A stretch of 64,000 nucleotides of DNA from Chloroflexota bacterium (GTDB lineage Bacteria > Chloroflexota > Dormibacteria > DASZGP01), in assembly GCA_034666405.1 (NCBI GenBank), contig JAXDLW010000028.1, positions 3,295 to 67,294 of the forward strand, read 5' to 3'. Under the pieces are notes generated by a model. That model was not told the DNA's origin. It saw only the letters and a program-made list of their open reading frames with translations, and searched no databases. This document shows positions 9,891 to 19,578 of this stretch, one piece after another (position 1 is the first letter of the stretch; each line of letters begins with the position of its first letter). The translations under genes and the position numbers were made by a program.

Positions 9891-10292
9891 ATGATTACGC
9901 ATGTACCGGGCCGGACCAGCCAGACGACCAGCCGGGACGCCCAGGACTTCACTCGACCAGTCCACCTCGTGGACCTCGACCAGGAGTCCGAGGCGCTGTT
10001 GCTTGAGGCTGCCGGGAACCCCAGCCACCGCGCCGCCAAGACCCTGTCGAAGGACCCGTCGATGGCCGTTACGATCCTGGCCATGACGGCGGGCACCGAG
10101 GTCAGGGACCACCGCGCCCACGGGTCGGCGATCCTGCAGACGCTGCGAGGGCAGGTCACCGTATCACTGACCGACACCGAGCTCCAGCTTCAACCCGGTC
10201 AGCTCGTGGCACTGGCCCGGCAGGTACCACACTGGCTCAGGGCCGATGTCGACAGCGTCGCCCTTCTCGTTGTAACCGCCGATCCCACTTGA
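9891..10292 (+). CDS. Cupin-fold protein
   Basis: DHRAHG...LQTLRG...VPHWLRA cupin-like motifs. Confidence 0.75.
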   Translation: MITHVPGRTSQTTSRDAQDFTRPVHLVDLDQESEALLLEAAGNPSHRAAKTLSKDPSMAVTILAMTAGTEVRDHRAHGSAILQTLRGQVTVSLTDTELQLQPGQLVALARQVPHWLRADVDSVALLVVTADPT

Positions 10293-10302
10293 GGTCAATG
10301 AA

Positions 10303-10683
10303 ATGACGAATGAGGTCCAGGTTCCCGTCGTTACCGAACGCGCGGTCGTCGAGACCAGCGTGGTCGAGCCGGCAACCCACAATTTTCGCGCCGTCCAGGC
10401 GATCTGGCTGGTGACCAGTGTCATCACGACGTTGATCGCCATAAGGTTCGTCCTAAAGGTCCTGGGCGCATCCCTGCAATCAGGATTTGTGACGCTGCTC
10501 TACAGCCTGACCGACGGCCTCGTGGGCCCCTTCCAGGCGATATTCCCACGGGCCTCAAGCCAGGGATCCACTGTCGACATGGCCGCGCTTGTGGCGATCG
10601 TGATCTACGCGCTCGTCGGCCTCGGGCTCGTGTCGGCCACCAAACTGCTGACCACACCGCGCGGAGCCCGCTCGGTCAGCTAA
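10303..10683 (+). CDS. YggT-like membrane protein
   Basis: IRFVLKVLGA, LTDGLVGPF, LVAIVIYA. Confidence 0.75.
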   Translation: MTNEVQVPVVTERAVVETSVVEPATHNFRAVQAIWLVTSVITTLIAIRFVLKVLGASLQSGFVTLLYSLTDGLVGPFQAIFPRASSQGSTVDMAALVAIVIYALVGLGLVSATKLLTTPRGARSVS

Positions 10684-10746
10684 TCACCGCGCCCCGGTCC
10701 TGAGCGACCTTCAGGGCCTCGCTGCGAGGTTTGGCCACACTTCCAG

Positions 10747-11034
10747 GCCGTCACTGCGGCACACCGCTGCACAGCTGCGTCATCGAAGACCAGCAGGTTT
10801 CTCAGAGGGACTGCCGCTCTCCCGACCCCGGCCAATGAGACGGGGCGCGTGCGCTGACCGGTTGGGCCAGGTCCTCATGCGCCGATGGGCCCATCAACCA
10901 CGGGCCTGGTGGCCCTAATCGGGGCCTTCGCTCGCGGCGAGACTTGGAGAAGAGGTGGTGATTTTCATGACAAAAGCCAAAGAGGTAATCGAGCAGCCCA
11001 CGGAATCGTGGGCGGTTTGTGCCGCAGTGACGGC
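10747..11034. repeat. 17-bp perfect inverted repeat pair
   Basis: GCCGTCACTGCGGCACA (10747-10763) and its exact reverse complement TGTGCCGCAGTGACGGC (11018-11034). Confidence 0.85.
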
Positions 11035-11146
11035 GGCCGTCCCGCGGCTGGACCGGCCGCAGGCCCCGCGCGGGCCGGCGATGCCGGTGCGGTCGCAGTA
11101 TCCAACTCGGCTGAGCCGTTTCGCAGTGGTGGCGGGCGAAAGGTAA
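10967..11146 (+). CDS. Small hypothetical protein (59 aa)
   Basis: GAGGTG RBS before ATG; lies downstream of a DosR-like box at 10902-10915. Confidence 0.45.
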   Translation: MTKAKEVIEQPTESWAVCAAVTAAVPRLDRPQAPRGPAMPVRSQYPTRLSRFAVVAGER

Positions 11147-11177
11147 TTGCGTCGCCCGACACCCGGAGGTCGCGAGG

Positions 11178-11477
11178 TCAGGCCGTCTTCGACGCCCTGG
11201 CTGCTGCCGAGTTGGTCGCAGCGACCGGCTTCAGGGTCTCGGCCAGGCTGACCAGGTAGTCCTTCTGCAGCTCGAGGACATTGCCGGTGAAGGCGAAGCT
11301 CCTCTCGATGAACTGCTTGGGGTCATAGTCCACTGGCAGCGATGCCGGCATCGGGAGCATCGAGCCCGCCGAGCGGCTGAAAGTAGCGGCCAGCTGGAGG
11401 CTGGCGGCCTGGAATTGCTTGATGCCGTCCAGGACCTGGGCCTGGACCTTGTCGGTGGCTTCGGTGTAGGTGGTCAT
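11178..11477 (-). CDS. Small helical protein, possibly phasin-like
   Basis: GAGGT RBS; amphipathic Ala/Gln-rich sequence with an Ala/Lys tail; PHA gene neighbourhood. Confidence 0.65.
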   Translation of the reverse strand: MTTYTEATDKVQAQVLDGIKQFQAASLQLAATFSRSAGSMLPMPASLPVDYDPKQFIERSFAFTGNVLELQKDYLVSLAETLKPVAATNSAAARASKTA

Positions 11478-11581
11478 TGGTTTACCTCTGATGGGCTTCA
11501 GGACAGGGTGTCCGCTTCCTCCATCATGCTAAGTATACCAAGCGGTTGCTATGGATATCAAGGGCCGAACTCGCCGGCCAC

Positions 11582-11932
11582 CTACCTGCCGAGCAGACCC
11601 CTGTAAACCCGGATCAATGTCTCCTTCTGCTCCGTGCTGAGGTCCCCATCGAGGCGAATCGCGACCTCGACGTCGTTCACCTGGTCGGCGCCCTCGCCGT
11701 CGAGAAGTCCAGCCCTCGCATACATCGTCTGTGCCGAGAGCTTGAGAGCGTCGGCAATGCCCTTGAGCACCTCAGCGGATGGCTTGTAGAGGCCTCGCTC
11801 GACCTGGCTGAGGTATGGATTGGAAACCTGCGCCAGATCAGCGAGCTGGCGCAGCGAGAGGTTGGCCAGCTGTCGCTGGGCCCTGATGAACTCCCCGAGC
11901 GTCGTCCATTGGTCGCTCTGCCGGCCCTTCAT
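11582..11932 (-). CDS. XRE-family HTH regulator
   Basis: LGEFIRAQRQLANLSLRQLADLAQVSNPYLSQVERG. TATGCT 6 nt before ATG suggests a leaderless start. Confidence 0.9.
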   Translation of the reverse strand: MKGRQSDQWTTLGEFIRAQRQLANLSLRQLADLAQVSNPYLSQVERGLYKPSAEVLKGIADALKLSAQTMYARAGLLDGEGADQVNDVEVAIRLDGDLSTEQKETLIRVYRGLLGR

Positions 11933-12023
11933 GTGGTCAGCATAACGCCCGCTTGGGATACCAATTGAAAAGCACAGCGGGAGATGGTGGCTGGACCGGC
12001 TGGACTGGGCGAAAACCCGCCGT

Positions 12024-13997
12024 CTAATCTTCGGCGGCCACCGACTCCCTTCCACGCGCCGCCAGTTCGTCGACAACAGTCGGGTCGGCGAGGGTTGTGG
12101 TGTCGCCGAGACCCCGGTTTTCCGCAACGTCCCGCAGGAGTCGACGCATGATCTTCCCGGAGCGCGTCTTGGGTAGCTCCGGCGTGAAAACGATGTTGGC
12201 CGGCGCTGCGAACTTGCCGATCTTCTGGGCAACATGGTTGCGCAGTTCGGCGAGCTTCTCCGGGGTGCCTTCGCGTCCGCCCTTGAGCGTCACGTAGGCC
12301 ACGATCGCCTGGCCGGTCTGGGCGTCGCTTCGGCCGCAAACAGCCGCCTCGGCAACGTCGGGATGGTCAACCAGCGCGCTCTCGACCTCCGTGGTGGAGA
12401 TCCGGTGACCAGAGACATTCATGACGTCGTCGATCCGGCCCATGAGCCAGAAGTCGCCGTCCGCGTCGACCCGGCAGCCGTCGCCGACAAGGTAGACGCC
12501 CTCGTACTTCGACCAATAGGTGTCCACGAACCGCTGATGGTCCTTGTAGATCCCGCGGAGCATCGCCGGCCATGGCCTGCGGATGACGAGGTAGCCCCCA
12601 GCCCCGGGCGCCACTTCGTTGCCGGCCTCGTCGAAAACGGCGGCGTCGATCGTTGGGAAGGGGCGCGTCGCCGACCCGGGCTTCAGGGTGGTCAGTCCCG
12701 GCAGCGGGGCGATCAGGATCATGCCGGTCTCGGTTTGCCACCACGTGTCGACGACAGGTGTGATCCCGCTGCCGATGCGGTCGCGGTACCAGATCCAGGC
12801 TTCGGGGTTGATTGGCTCGCCGACGGTGCCAAGCACCCTGAGCGAGCTGAGGTCGTGCTTGTCGGCATGGCCGTGCCCCCATTTCATGTGGGTGCGTATG
12901 GCGGTCGGGGCGCAGTACAGAATGTCCACCTTGTAGCGCTCGACAATGTCCCACCAGCGGTCCTTGTCTGGGAAGTCGGGCGTGCCCTCGTAGAGCACCC
13001 CCGTCGTGCCGTTGCACAGGGGCCCATACACGATGTAGCTGTGGCCGGTGACCCAGCCAACATCCGCCGCGCACCAGTACACCGATTCGGGCTTGATGTC
13101 GAAGACGTAGTGATGTGTGCTGCTGACCCCGACGAGGTAGCCACCTGTCGTGTGCACGATGCCCTTGGGCTTGGCAGTGGTGCCACTGGTGTACAGCAGG
13201 AAGAGCAGGTCCTCGGACTCCATCGGCTCGCACGGGCAGGATGCGGGGTCCCCGCTGAGACCAGCGCAGAGTTTCTGCCAGTACACGTCACGTCCGTCGG
13301 CCATTTCGACCTCAACACCGGTGCGGCGGTAGACAACCGACCTCTTCACTGACGGCGACTGCGCCATGGCCTCGATGGCTGTGGTCATCAGGGGGACCGG
13401 CTTGCCGCGACGGAGACCCTCATCCTGGGTGATGAGCACCTCGCACTCCATCCCGTTGAGGCGGTCGGCCAGGGCATCGGCGCTGAACCCGCCGAAAACC
13501 ACGGTGTGCGGCGCGCCGAGCCGCGCGCAGGCCAGCATGGCGATCGGCAGTTCCGGCACCATGCCCATGTAGATGCCAACAGGGGTGCCCTTCTTCACCC
13601 CGAGCTTCTTGAGGCCGTTCGCAAAGCGCACCACGTCATGCTGAAGGTCGGCAAAGGTGATTCGCCGCCGCTCGCCGGCCGGCTCGCCTTCCCAGAAGTA
13701 GGCAACCTTGTCGCCTCTCCCCTGCTCAACGTGACGATCGACGCAGTTGTAGCAGACGTTGAGCTTGCCCCCGAGGAACCACCTGGCGTCTGGCGGGTTC
13801 CACTCCAGCAGGTCCCCGAATGGCTCGATCCACGTGACGCGTTCGGTGGCTTCCGTGCGCCAGAACTCATCATGGTCCCGCTCGTAGATCCCTGGCTGGG
13901 CATTGGCTTCCTGCGCCGTTTTTGGATCTGGCGGGTACCGCCGGAACTCTTCGAAACTCGTCTCGATCGCGGGCATGGTCAGGGTGTCTGCGCACAT
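12024..13997 (-). CDS. acs: Acetyl-CoA synthetase (AMP-forming)
   Basis: YTSGTTAKPKG, VDTWWQTETG, PKTRSGKIMRR (acetylatable Lys). Confidence 0.95.
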   Translation of the reverse strand: MCADTLTMPAIETSFEEFRRYPPDPKTAQEANAQPGIYERDHDEFWRTEATERVTWIEPFGDLLEWNPPDARWFLGGKLNVCYNCVDRHVEQGRGDKVAYFWEGEPAGERRRITFADLQHDVVRFANGLKKLGVKKGTPVGIYMGMVPELPIAMLACARLGAPHTVVFGGFSADALADRLNGMECEVLITQDEGLRRGKPVPLMTTAIEAMAQSPSVKRSVVYRRTGVEVEMADGRDVYWQKLCAGLSGDPASCPCEPMESEDLLFLLYTSGTTAKPKGIVHTTGGYLVGVSSTHHYVFDIKPESVYWCAADVGWVTGHSYIVYGPLCNGTTGVLYEGTPDFPDKDRWWDIVERYKVDILYCAPTAIRTHMKWGHGHADKHDLSSLRVLGTVGEPINPEAWIWYRDRIGSGITPVVDTWWQTETGMILIAPLPGLTTLKPGSATRPFPTIDAAVFDEAGNEVAPGAGGYLVIRRPWPAMLRGIYKDHQRFVDTYWSKYEGVYLVGDGCRVDADGDFWLMGRIDDVMNVSGHRISTTEVESALVDHPDVAEAAVCGRSDAQTGQAIVAYVTLKGGREGTPEKLAELRNHVAQKIGKFAAPANIVFTPELPKTRSGKIMRRLLRDVAENRGLGDTTTLADPTVVDELAARGRESVAAED

Positions 13998-14049
13998 GTT
14001 GTTGTCCCCTTTAAAGTGGTGGTGGTTGGGTCGTCGCGCAGGACCGGTG

Positions 14050-14694
14050 CTAGGCGTGCGCCTCTGCCAGCTTGACCGCCGGCACGGACTCGGGAATGTC
14101 GCCCCAGAGCGGGCTGCCAACGGGCAGGACCGGGTGAGACGACATGCCGTTTACCACGCCGGCTGCCGACGTGTACCAGGCGACCGCCGCTGTGACGAGG
14201 CCCATGTAGCCACCGAGCGCGACGAGGCCGGAGCCGGCGGCGTTGTGGTTGAAGTTCCCGACGAACAACAGGATCTCGGTTACCTCCAACGTCAGGAAGA
14301 CCGCGAACACCGCGAGGTTGACGCGGCTCGCCCACATCAGCATGTAGGTGTTGAAGATCGCAAACGCCAGCAGGATCCACGCGAGCGAGGGGGCGACGTC
14401 AGCTGCGACCACCTTGCCCTGGAGGACCAGGATCACGAACGCGGACAATCCCATCCAGAACGCGCCATACGTCGAGAACGCTGTGGCCCCGAAGACGTTC
14501 TTGTTACGAAACTCGAGCATCCCGGCGGCAAACTGGGCCAGGCCGCCGTAGAAGAGGCCGAAGCCTAGGAATGCAACCAGGGGCACCGTGCCCCCGCCGA
14601 ACGCGTTGTGGGCGCTCAGCAGGAACGTGGTGAGGGCAAAGGCTCCAAGACCCAGGGGCGCCGGGTCTGCGAAGTGCTTGGTGTCCTCAGCCAT
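14050..14694 (-). CDS. satP: Acetate uptake transporter, GPR1/FUN34/YaaH (SatP) family
   Basis: ADPAPLGLGAF signature, YGAFW, six TM segments. Confidence 0.9.
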   Translation of the reverse strand: MAEDTKHFADPAPLGLGAFALTTFLLSAHNAFGGGTVPLVAFLGFGLFYGGLAQFAAGMLEFRNKNVFGATAFSTYGAFWMGLSAFVILVLQGKVVAADVAPSLAWILLAFAIFNTYMLMWASRVNLAVFAVFLTLEVTEILLFVGNFNHNAAGSGLVALGGYMGLVTAAVAWYTSAAGVVNGMSSHPVLPVGSPLWGDIPESVPAVKLAEAHA

Positions 14695-14696
14695 AA

Positions 14697-15188
14697 CTAA
14701 GTGACCGTCACGATGGTGGCCATCCCCTGCTTGAAATGGGTGGGGATGTTGCATGTGAAGAGGTACCTGCCTGGTGTCGACAGGTCGATGGTGCGGGTCT
14801 GGGAATTGCCCACCGCGATGTTGTCGCCATCGCTGGTCTTGGCGATGCTGGCGTCCTCTTCCTTGATTGCGCCGGCATCATCGACGGGGTATCCGGCGAT
14901 GGCCTTGTCGGCCTTGAAGACGAGCAACTCGTGCTCAATTCCGCCGCCGTTGACGATCTTGAAACTGACCTGCCCGGCCTTGATGGAAGACTGCACGGCC
15001 ACTTTCCATTCGCTCAGGGTGATCATCTGGTCCCCGGAGGCCGGGGCGATGGTCGGGTTATTGGCCGGTGCGGCCGCGGTCGTTCCACAGCCTGCAAGGC
15101 CCGCGATCAGTGCCAGGAGGGCGCCGCCGCTGAGGATCCTTCTCAGATACCTCGGGGTTGATGTTCGTCGATTGCTGTTGGGGTTCAC
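14697..15188 (-). CDS. Cupredoxin (type-1 copper) lipoprotein
   Basis: Lipobox LAGC; His in EHEL and C-terminal CNIPTHFKQGM ligand set. Confidence 0.85.
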   Translation of the reverse strand: MNPNSNRRTSTPRYLRRILSGGALLALIAGLAGCGTTAAAPANNPTIAPASGDQMITLSEWKVAVQSSIKAGQVSFKIVNGGGIEHELLVFKADKAIAGYPVDDAGAIKEEDASIAKTSDGDNIAVGNSQTRTIDLSTPGRYLFTCNIPTHFKQGMATIVTVT

Positions 15189-15455
15189 CAGGGTTCCTCC
15201 GAAAGGTCCCTCTGGTGTTCAGAGCGACCGGGTGGTAGAGCAGGGAGTCAGCATTTTCAGGTCCACTCCGAGTCATAAGCCGAGTCACAGAACAAGGTCA
15301 GCAACAGGGTTGCCCCTCAGCCTGCGGGGCCCAGGCGCACAGGTTCAGGGCCAGAGGTCCTGAAGCCACAGGGACCTTCGCCGGAAGTCTCCGCAAGCAT
15401 CCACTGCGCTGTTGCCACCTCTGTTGGGTGGGGCTTCATCGCAGCGTAGTAACTC

Positions 15456-16496
15456 TTGATGCTCGCCACCGAGCCGGGGCACCCCGGCCGTAAGACAGTC
15501 GAACCCGGCTCGGCACCCGGTTGGGTGGTCCAGGTGCCGGCCGAGCGCATCCGAGCGTACGGGACCATCGTTCGCCCCCTCGCGGCGCGTGCCGATGCGC
15601 CCGCCTGGTTCCGGCGAGGCATGATCCTGTTTTCGGCCTGGGTGATCCTCGGCGCTTACTCCGATACGTGGGCCCACCATCATTTCCTGTTGACCTCGGT
15701 GGTCACGCCGTTTCATGCGGTGGTCTTTGGCGGACTGTCGTGCGAGGGCGCTTTTGTGGCGTGGGGCCTATGGCGCCTGGGCGCGCGACCGCGTGCGTGG
15801 CAACAGGCCATCCCCCGGGGCTACGGCCTGGCGGTGGCCGGGTGCGCCCTGGCGCTGGTCGGCGCCCCACTCGACCTTTGCTGGCATCTCCTTTTCGGGA
15901 TCGACCAGGGCTTCGGATCGGTGACCAGCCCGACGCATATTTTAATCGGTTGCAGCACCGGTCTGATGACGACCGGCCCGCTGCGCAGTGCCTGGGGTGG
16001 GCGCGTCGCGAGGGCTCCCTGGTCGGCGCTCCTGTCGGCGACGCTGGCCTTCTCCATGCTCTTCTTCTTCGATGAGGCCACCCACCCGCTGCTCGCCCCG
16101 TGGGCCGCGAACTTCTACCCCCGGATGATGCTGCCGGACACCGCCCAGCAGCTGGGAACCATCGAGATCGTGCTCTGGGCGATCCTCATCAGCGCCTGCA
16201 TCCTGCCCCTTCTCCTGCGCTTCGACCTGCCGTTCGGAGCTTTCACATGTCTGCTCGGCGTAACCGGCGTGCTGACCACGCTGATCGTCGCACCCCAACC
16301 GCTGATCGTCGTCGGACCCATCGGCGGGCTTGTCGCGGACGAGCTGTACCGCGCCCTCAAACCTTCGCGGACCCGCGCGGTCCAACTCCGGGTCTTTGCG
16401 CTGGTCGTGCCGATGACCATGGTCGCCATCTATTTCCTCATCCTGGCGGCGGCCGGGGGGACCTGGTGGCCGGTGAACGTATGGGCCGGGTGCTAA
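15456..16496 (+). CDS. Polytopic membrane protein (last TM apparently frameshifted; continues to 16561)
   Basis: Repeated D.W.H / D..WH motifs, SPTH, many TMs. A hydrophobic continuation lies in the -1 frame. Start uncertain. Confidence 0.7.
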   Translation: MMLATEPGHPGRKTVEPGSAPGWVVQVPAERIRAYGTIVRPLAARADAPAWFRRGMILFSAWVILGAYSDTWAHHHFLLTSVVTPFHAVVFGGLSCEGAFVAWGLWRLGARPRAWQQAIPRGYGLAVAGCALALVGAPLDLCWHLLFGIDQGFGSVTSPTHILIGCSTGLMTTGPLRSAWGGRVARAPWSALLSATLAFSMLFFFDEATHPLLAPWAANFYPRMMLPDTAQQLGTIEIVLWAILISACILPLLLRFDLPFGAFTCLLGVTGVLTTLIVAPQPLIVVGPIGGLVADELYRALKPSRTRAVQLRVFALVVPMTMVAIYFLILAAAGGTWWPVNVWAGC

Positions 16497-16662
16497 CCGC
16501 CGCGGGCATCACAGGCGGACTGGTGAGCGTCCTGGTCCTGCCGGGATCGCGCCGAACGTGACCGACGCCCCCGGCCGTTGCTGAAATTGTTACGGCCCGC
16601 CCGACAGGCTGGATTGGACCGACCGTCACAGTTGGAGTCATCGTGCTCCAGGGAGGCCGACC

Positions 16663-17481
16663 ATGACCTCGATCCTCGAGGTGCCGAAACCGACCCCAAC
16701 CCCCATTCCGAGCCCATTGCAGGCGGCTCCCGCATCCAGGATCTTCGACCATCGCGTGGCGGTGGTCACGGGCGGCGCGCGCGGCATCGGCTGGGCGATC
16801 ACCCAAGCGCTTGCGGCGGCCGGCGCCCACGTGGCGGCCGGCTACCACCATGATCGCGGCGCCGCCGAAAAATTGATGGAAGAGGTGACGCGCGCCGGCG
16901 GCTCGATGTCGATCCACTCCGGCAACGTCGGTGAGCCCGCTGACTGTCAGCGAGTCGTGGACGAGGTCCTGGCCGCCAACGGTCGCATCGACTTCCTGGT
17001 CAACAACGCCGGGGTTACGGTCGATAAGACCGTGAGGCGAATGACCACTGATGACTGGCACGCGGTCCTTCGGATCAACCTCTCCGGCCCGTTCTACATG
17101 ACCAAGGCAGTCCTTGAGCACATGATCGACCGTGGTTCCGGGCGCATCGTCAACATCAGCTCCGTGATCGGCCAGACCGGCAGCATCGGTCAGGCCAACT
17201 ACGCCGCCTCGAAGTCGGGGCTCTTCGGGTTCTCGCAGAGCCTGGCTCTGGAGATGGCGCGCAAGGGGATCACCGTCAACTGTGTCGCCCCCGGCTACAT
17301 CGAGACCGAAATGGTCGCAGCGGTGCCCGCGGATGTCCTGGGCAAGCTCGTCGCGAAGATCCCGGTCGGTCGACTGGGTCAGGGCAGCGAGGTGGCCCGG
17401 GTGGTGAAATTCCTGCTGGAGGACGAGTCAAGCTACATCACCGGCGCCGTCTACACCGTGAACGGCGGCCTGGAGATGTAG
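16663..17481 (+). CDS. phaB: Acetoacetyl-CoA reductase / FabG-like SDR
   Basis: TGGARGIG, NNAG, YAASK, PGYIETEM, VNGGLEM; GGAGG RBS; PHA context. Confidence 0.75.
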   Translation: MTSILEVPKPTPTPIPSPLQAAPASRIFDHRVAVVTGGARGIGWAITQALAAAGAHVAAGYHHDRGAAEKLMEEVTRAGGSMSIHSGNVGEPADCQRVVDEVLAANGRIDFLVNNAGVTVDKTVRRMTTDDWHAVLRINLSGPFYMTKAVLEHMIDRGSGRIVNISSVIGQTGSIGQANYAASKSGLFGFSQSLALEMARKGITVNCVAPGYIETEMVAAVPADVLGKLVAKIPVGRLGQGSEVARVVKFLLEDESSYITGAVYTVNGGLEM

Positions 17482-17491
17482 CCAGGGCCAC

Positions 17492-17890
17492 CTATCGGCC
17501 GAGTGGGAGCTCTTTCAACAAGGTCTCGACGCGCCTGCCGATCTCATCGCGTGTCCGCCGCACCTCCGCGATAGGCCGACCCTTTGGGTCTGGGAGGTCC
17601 CAGTCGATGTAGCGCTTGCCCGGGATGTACGGACACTCGTCGCCGCAGCCCATCGTCACCACAACGTCGGCCCAATGCCCGAGCTCATCAGTGAGCTGCT
17701 GCGGTTTGATGCCTGCGATCTCGATGCCCACCTCCCGCATCGCGGCGGCCACCTCCGGGTGGACCCGGTCACCCGGGGTCGTGCCCGCCGACCTGGCGAC
17801 ATGTGCGCCACCGGCTGCGCGCTCGAACAGCGCCCGGCTCATCTGCGAGCGTCCCGCATTGTGCAGGCACACGAACAGCACCCTGGCCAT
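17492..17890 (-). CDS. arsC: Arsenate reductase (LMW-PTP type)
   Basis: VLFVCLHNAGRSQM, TMGCGDECP, WDLPDP. Confidence 0.9.
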   Translation of the reverse strand: MARVLFVCLHNAGRSQMSRALFERAAGGAHVARSAGTTPGDRVHPEVAAAMREVGIEIAGIKPQQLTDELGHWADVVVTMGCGDECPYIPGKRYIDWDLPDPKGRPIAEVRRTRDEIGRRVETLLKELPLGR

Positions 17891-17907
17891 CGCGCGGTGA
17901 TCCGGGC

Positions 17908-18666
17908 TCAGCGCCTGGGCTTGGTCGCCCGGATGGCGGCGCTGGCGATCTTGCCCGCGAACGGCTCTGGCGCGAACTCGCGCGAAACCTCGATGTCGAC
18001 CGCGTCGAAGCCCACCTCCACCAGCAGCCGGCGGTAGTCCTCCACCGGGATCGTTCCCGCAATGCAGCCGGCCCACGAGTCCAGCTCCCTTTTGATCGGG
18101 GCCGGAAGGGCACTGATCTCCACCATGTCGGACACGGCCAGCCGCCCACCCGGGCCGAGCACGCGGTAGGCCTCTGCGAGCACCGCTCGCTTATCTTCTG
18201 CCAGGTTGATCACGCAGTTGGAAATCACGACGTCAACGCTGTTCTCGGCCAGCGGGATCTCTTCGATTTGCCCCTTCAGGAAGGTCGCGTTGCCGACTCC
18301 CGCCCGTTCCTTGTTCTGGTTGGCGACGGCCAGCATTTCATCGGTCATGTCGAGCCCATAAGCGTGCCCGCCAGGGGCGACACGCCGCGCCGACAGGAGC
18401 ACGTCGAGGCCCGCGCCGCTGCCGAGGTCCAGGACCTTCTGGCCTGGCCTCAGGTCCGCGAGTAGGAGCGGGTTGCCGCACCCGAGGCTGACCCGGGGAT
18501 CCATGCCGACCTCGGCGGCAAGATCGACGGAATAGTTGCCGCCGCTGTCTACCGAGCCTTCGGATGGACCACAACACTCAGGGCCACAGCACGAGGCGTC
18601 GCCGCCGACCATCTGGAGCGCCGCCGCGGCATATCGCTCGCGGACGGCTTCTTGGATCTCGGTCAT
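17908..18666 (-). CDS. arsM: Arsenite S-adenosylmethyltransferase
   Basis: SLGCGNP, LDLGSGAG, ISNCVINL, WAGCIAG, N-terminal CC motifs. Confidence 0.92.
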   Translation of the reverse strand: MTEIQEAVRERYAAAALQMVGGDASCCGPECCGPSEGSVDSGGNYSVDLAAEVGMDPRVSLGCGNPLLLADLRPGQKVLDLGSGAGLDVLLSARRVAPGGHAYGLDMTDEMLAVANQNKERAGVGNATFLKGQIEEIPLAENSVDVVISNCVINLAEDKRAVLAEAYRVLGPGGRLAVSDMVEISALPAPIKRELDSWAGCIAGTIPVEDYRRLLVEVGFDAVDIEVSREFAPEPFAGKIASAAIRATKPRR

Positions 18667-18683
18667 GAATGGGCCTCCCAAGG

Positions 18684-18749
18684 CATTGACGAACTTCAAT
18701 GAGATCATAGCATTGAGACATCGATGACCATCTATGCCAGTGCTATGAT
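18684..18749. promoter_or_regulatory. ArsR operator repeats and extended -10 for arsR
   Basis: CATTGA-N6-TCAATG (18684-18701), CATCGA-N6-TCTATG (18719-18736), TGcTATGAT (18741-18749). Confidence 0.65.
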
Positions 18750-18755
18750 GCTGTC

Positions 18756-19118
18756 GTGCAGGTGACCCTCCCAGTCCGTCAGCGCGGCAACTGCTGCGAT
18801 GTCAACCTGGGCCTCAAGCCGGCGGCGGTCGATGCGGCGGTGGACGTACTCAAGGTCCTGGCCGACCCGGCCCGCCTGCAGATGCTCGCGGCGCTCCGCG
18901 AGGCGAGCGCCCCGATCTGTGTTTGCGACTTCACCGCCGCCCTGGGCTTGTCCCAGCCGACAATCTCGCACCATATGGGCAAACTCCGGCGGGCAGGCCT
19001 CGTCAAGGTCACCCGGAGAGGGGTCTGGTCTTTCTACGAGCTGGACGCCGGGGCCCCAGCTGCCGTGCTGGATCTCCTCGCCCAGGCCGTGGCCCTCGGA
19101 TCCGCATCATCGTCTTGA
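18756..19118 (+). CDS. arsR: ArsR/SmtB-family repressor
   Basis: LADPARL, CVCD, LSQPTISHH; divergent from arsM. Confidence 0.9.
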   Translation: MQVTLPVRQRGNCCDVNLGLKPAAVDAAVDVLKVLADPARLQMLAALREASAPICVCDFTAALGLSQPTISHHMGKLRRAGLVKVTRRGVWSFYELDAGAPAAVLDLLAQAVALGSASSS

Positions 19119-19119
19119 T

Positions 19120-19347
19120 TCAGACCGCCTTCCTACCGTCTCGATAGCCGTCAACCTCGGCGACGTCCTCGCACTCCGCGCATATCGCGCGGAACGATGG
19201 GAACTGCCCACCGCATGAGGCGCACTCCGTCAGGTACAGGTCCACCTCTGGGGCAGGAACTGGCTCCGTGACAGGCGTGTCGGAGGAGACCCATGGGTGG
19301 GCGGCCGGCCTGACGGCCTGGGCGGCGGATGGTTGCTGGTACGACAT
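19120..19347 (-). CDS. Small zinc-ribbon protein
   Basis: GAGGT RBS; CASC...CAEC motif. Confidence 0.5.
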   Translation of the reverse strand: MSYQQPSAAQAVRPAAHPWVSSDTPVTEPVPAPEVDLYLTECASCGGQFPSFRAICAECEDVAEVDGYRDGRKAV

Positions 19348-19578
19348 GGGAACCTCGCTTTGGTCGTCCCGAGCCCAGCGCGGGCGGATGACCTCATTTT
19401 CCCCAGGGCTCTGGGGGTTGATCTCAGCATCAGCCCGCTGGCCCGGTGTGCAATAGGGTCGTAGTGCCCGAGTGCGGCGGGGCTTCCTGCGCCGCACCCG
19501 CCGCGGACCTGTCCGGGGGGCGCTGGTGGCCGCCACGGTGCGCGCACCGCAGCGGCCCGACCGTGACTTATGTCTGAC

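Noticed and set aside
15268-15287. CCGAGTCA direct repeat upstream of the cupredoxin operon
   Set aside because: Only two short copies; cannot be separated from chance.
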